Shown here: piece after piece, positions 25,898-28,426 of the stretch
How positions within the stretch are numbered: the stretch's first letter is position 1
Layout of the letters: each line of letters starts with the position of its first letter
IMG/VR virus record: IMGVR_UViG_3300024433_000038
Coordinates: 1 to 28,426 of that record
Source: a virus
Taxonomy: Duplodnaviria; Caudoviricetes
Length of the DNA stretch: 28,426 bases
Direction: 5' to 3' (one strand)
Translations under genes and position numbers: made by a program
The notes under the pieces: model-generated
What the model saw: only the letters and a program-made list of their open reading frames with translations
Told to the model about the DNA's origin: nothing
The model's database searches: none

Positions 25898-26181
25898 TCT
25901 TCTCCCTCAAAAACATCTGGGAAAGCTTCTCTCAACTTGCATAAAACATCAATCATCGCACTATTATAAGGACTAGGTCTATTAATAAATTCACCCTTCA
26001 TCATTTTTCTAATTTCTATCTCAAACCACAAAACAGCAGCTTTTACCTCTTCTTTGTCATAAATTTCAATTACTGGTAAATCTTGGGCTGGGAATTCTCC
26101 CATTTCATTAATTTCTTCACACATACTACTAGGTACAAATTTTCTTAATTTCCCCTTTGTCAATGGTTCTGGTTTTGTCAT
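25894..26181 (-). CDS. hypothetical protein
   Basis: 95 aa; GAGGTGA RBS; ATGA overlaps at both ends. Confidence 0.75.
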   Translation of the reverse strand: MTKPEPLTKGKLRKFVPSSMCEEINEMGEFPAQDLPVIEIYDKEEVKAAVLWFEIEIRKMMKGEFINRPSPYNSAMIDVLCKLREAFPDVFEGEE

Positions 26182-26372
26182 TCAATCACCTCATCAATAT
26201 CAAACTTATATTCTCTTATTGATATTGGTATTTTATTCTTTTCTAACATATCTGCACCATAAAATTGATGTTCTAAATCTCTTATGAGTATCTTACGACC
26301 TGATATGTTTGTTACTTTCCATAAGAAACCCCCACCGCCTCTAAATAAATAACCTAAATCCATATCAATCAT
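26178..26372 (-). CDS. hypothetical protein
   Basis: 64 aa; ATGA overlaps at both ends. Confidence 0.7.
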   Translation of the reverse strand: MIDMDLGYLFRGGGGFLWKVTNISGRKILIRDLEHQFYGADMLEKNKIPISIREYKFDIDEVIE

Positions 26373-26521
26373 TCCTCTAGTATTCTATTTTCTCTATCTT
26401 CTTTTATCATTGCAAATGCTCCGTTTACAAAGTACCAACTCATTGAACGCCCTGACCTTTTGGATGCGTCTTTGATTGTTTGCCATTCGTCATCAGTTAG
26501 TCTTACTGTTGTTGTTTTCAT
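26369..26521 (-). CDS. ribbon-helix-helix (CopG/Arc-like) DNA-binding protein (50 aa)
   Basis: Translated by hand: MKTTTVRLTDDEWQTIKDASKRSGRSMSWYFVNGAFAMIKEDRENRILEE. Beta-strand TVRL, helix, G-x-S-x-S turn, helix. Abuts the upstream TGA and overlaps the downstream ATG. Confidence 0.8.
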   Translation of the reverse strand: MKTTTVRLTDDEWQTIKDASKRSGRSMSWYFVNGAFAMIKEDRENRILEE

Positions 26522-26761
26522 TCAAACACACTCATCGTCATTTATATAAGATGGCCATTTTCTTATCCTAGTTTTTTTTCCTTTTAGGATTGGGTCTATC
26601 ACACTATACATCACATCTAAATAAACATTCTGCATTATTTCTTTTTTCTTTTTTGAGATTTTCATATGGTCTATCTCGTAGAATTTATTTAGACAATACC
26701 AACGTACTTTCTTTATCTTATTTTCTCCTTTCCAATCAATTAAACAAGTTTCGTAGTTCAT
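26522..26761 (-). CDS. hypothetical protein
   Basis: 79 aa; AGGTGA RBS. Confidence 0.7.
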   Translation of the reverse strand: MNYETCLIDWKGENKIKKVRWYCLNKFYEIDHMKISKKKKEIMQNVYLDVMYSVIDPILKGKKTRIRKWPSYINDDECV

Positions 26762-26767
26762 ATTTTT

Positions 26768-27022
26768 TCACCTTTCATACCCATTCTGCGGTTTCCATTC
26801 TTTTAATGCCTTTCTCACTTGTTCTGCAATTACTTTCGATACATTGATGGTATGGCTCATAATTCCAGTACCATCACAGAAAGAACATTTCTTTTTAAAA
26901 ACTAAGTAATGGTCTTCTTTTTTTACTTCGGTTCCTTTATTTTTACTGATGTCATACCTCATAAAATATTTCTTCTTTTTTGTTATAACTTCTAAAAAAT
27001 TTGTTATTCTTGTATTTACCAT
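26768..27022 (-). CDS. hypothetical basic protein with a CxxCxGxG motif
   Basis: CSFCDGTG (a single DnaJ-type half finger); GGTG RBS; first gene after the 27033-27070 promoter. Confidence 0.7.
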   Translation of the reverse strand: MVNTRITNFLEVITKKKKYFMRYDISKNKGTEVKKEDHYLVFKKKCSFCDGTGIMSHTINVSKVIAEQVRKALKEWKPQNGYER

Positions 27023-27032
27023 ATTTACACCA

Positions 27033-27070
27033 TGACATACTATTATATCAATAGGCTTATAAATATGTCA
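27033..27070 (-). promoter_or_regulatory. archaeal TATA promoter flanked by inverted TGACATA half-sites
   Basis: Minus-strand TTTATAAG at 27056-27063; TGACATA at 27033-27039 and TATGTCA at 27064-27070. Confidence 0.55.
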
Positions 27071-27086
27071 CACAATATTTATATGA

Positions 27087-27187
27087 TTAAAAGTTCTATT
27101 TGAATTTTTAACTCAAAAGGTTAATGTTTTTTTAACATTAACTGAAATTGGTTTGGTGGGATTTATTTCCCACTAATTACATTAACC
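27087..27187. repeat. cluster of three consecutive inverted repeats
   Basis: 27087-27111 TTAAAAGTTC/GAATTTTTAA; 27120-27142 GTTAATGTT/AACATTAAC; 27153-27176 TTGGTGGGA/TCCCACTAA. ACATTAAC recurs at 27179-27186. Confidence 0.6.
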
Positions 27188-28425
27188 TAATCATTCCATA
27201 AATCGCCCCACTTAAACGATGCTACTGCTGAAGGCATTAACAACGTTGCATCACAGGCGATAAGTAAACTGTCAGCATGGTCAGGACTTTTATTTATTTT
27301 CATATCGGGGTTTTGGTCAGGGTCAAGAACTCGTATCTTTCTATCTACCTGTGCTTTGAACTCCCATTGCAAGAGTTGTTCTGTGTAACGTGTTTTATAT
27401 GGGTAGTTGTAAAATCTTCCTTGTTCAAAGAATTTTGCGAGAGAGAAAACTGCATGTGCTTTATGATTGAAGAATCTTATATTTGTTGCTTTTTGTCCTG
27501 ACTTAAACATTTTAACGGGGTATTTTAATTGTTGCAATCTATCATATACACCACTTCCAACGCCGATAACATCAACGCCTATTCTCACTTTTTTATCTTT
27601 ATATTTATCATGCATTGCTTGCACTGCTTCTACTACCTGCATAGTATCGTTGGTATCCATTATCTTGTTTTCCATGTAGAACATAGCAAGGGTTTTTTTA
27701 TCGTATCCAACAACGGTTATAACTGTTTTGTCTTTTCCACCTCTTGCAACGTCCACGCCTATTCCATAGATAATATTAGCGTGGTCTGTTATGATATATT
27801 GTTGTTGTGCTTTTTCTAACCATGCATGTTTGAATATTGCATTAATCGCCTCACTCGGAAACTCTGCTTCAAATAAAACTTTAAACTCCATCGTCGTTAA
27901 TATACGTTTTTGGTCTTCTATTGCATCTTGTATTATTCTACCCTCACGTACACAATCCCCCCATGCAATAGTTATTTTATGATAACTTGTATCTTGAAAA
28001 GACCTATAAAAATGGTTTAGGTGCCATGGATTGCCTATCTCAAATATTAACGTTTTTGGGTGGTCTGTGAGCATACGATAAACTTTAGAGTATGCTTCAT
28101 CAGGTATCTCACCACTTTCTTCCAATACAATTATATCATAACCAAATCCCATAAGAGAAAATCCGCCACCAGTTATATCAGCAGTTTTGCATTCGATACT
28201 CGAACCGTTTTTAAACGTTATCTTCGTTCTGCTTATTTCCTTTTTTAAGCGTTCTATATTTTTAATTTTTATATCAATATCCGTGGCAAGTGCTATTCTC
28301 GGACTTTTTACTATTGCCTCAGCGACGTAATTCATTAAGTTTAATGCTTTGTCTCTCGTGGGGGCAATAATACCGATACTTTTATTTTTATGCAGGAATG
28401 CTTTAAGAAGAATTGCACGAGAAAC
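27187..28425 (-). CDS. terL: terminase large subunit (5' end outside the window)
   Basis: The frame is open to the window edge (...SIGIIAPTRDKALNLMNY). Walker B DIIVLEE, coupling motif IGNP, RNase H-like nuclease GVDVARGGKD, GVDVIGVG and SPDHADSL. Confidence 0.95.
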   Translation of the reverse strand, partial: VSRAILLKAFLHKNKSIGIIAPTRDKALNLMNYVAEAIVKSPRIALATDIDIKIKNIERLKKEISRTKITFKNGSSIECKTADITGGGFSLMGFGYDIIVLEESGEIPDEAYSKVYRMLTDHPKTLIFEIGNPWHLNHFYRSFQDTSYHKITIAWGDCVREGRIIQDAIEDQKRILTTMEFKVLFEAEFPSEAINAIFKHAWLEKAQQQYIITDHANIIYGIGVDVARGGKDKTVITVVGYDKKTLAMFYMENKIMDTNDTMQVVEAVQAMHDKYKDKKVRIGVDVIGVGSGVYDRLQQLKYPVKMFKSGQKATNIRFFNHKAHAVFSLAKFFEQGRFYNYPYKTRYTEQLLQWEFKAQVDRKIRVLDPDQNPDMKINKSPDHADSLLIACDATLLMPSAVASFKWGDLWND

Positions 28426-28426
28426 G

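Noticed and set aside
26768-27022. DnaJ chaperone, from CSFCDGTG
   Set aside because: Only one CxxCxGxG repeat and no J-domain HPD motif.
2615-28248. Plus-strand ORFs in the track across the structural region (e.g. 9169..9624, 11222..11614, 20267..20767, 23536..24036)
   Set aside because: They lie antisense to well-supported minus-strand genes, have the Ser/Phe/Ile-rich composition of shadow frames, and show no recognisable motifs.

Overview
AT-rich 28.4 kb fragment of a tailed dsDNA virus or provirus (Caudoviricetes, siphovirus-like: tail tube and tape measure genes, no sheath gene seen), almost certainly with an archaeal host. Support for an archaeal host: GGTGA/GAGGTG ribosome-binding sites, TATA-type apparently leaderless promoters, oligo-T terminators, many Zn-finger microproteins, and a sequon-rich LamG surface protein. 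The minus strand carries a nearly complete morphogenesis module, read right to left: terminase large subunit (5'-truncated); about 2.2 kb of small genes including an unlisted ribbon-helix-helix regulator; a portal interrupted by a 336-aa LAGLIDADG intein and fused to a gpF/gp7-like domain; an HK97-gp10-like gene; a prohead protease/scaffold with a DUF5661-like insert; the major capsid protein; small putative decoration proteins; a 1400-aa signal-peptide/3xLamG/TM-anchored glycoprotein; an XhlA-like protein; a head-tail adaptor; tail completion and tail tube genes; a tail chaperone with a -1 frameshift; tape measure; tail tip and fibre genes; and a holin-like gene. An exact 29-bp repeat sits just before the portal and protease start codons (candidate late promoter). 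The left end holds divergent small genes around a palindromic intergenic region. No tRNA, rRNA, CRISPR array, integrase or replication gene was seen. All family assignments are by eye from motifs and gene order; no searches were run.
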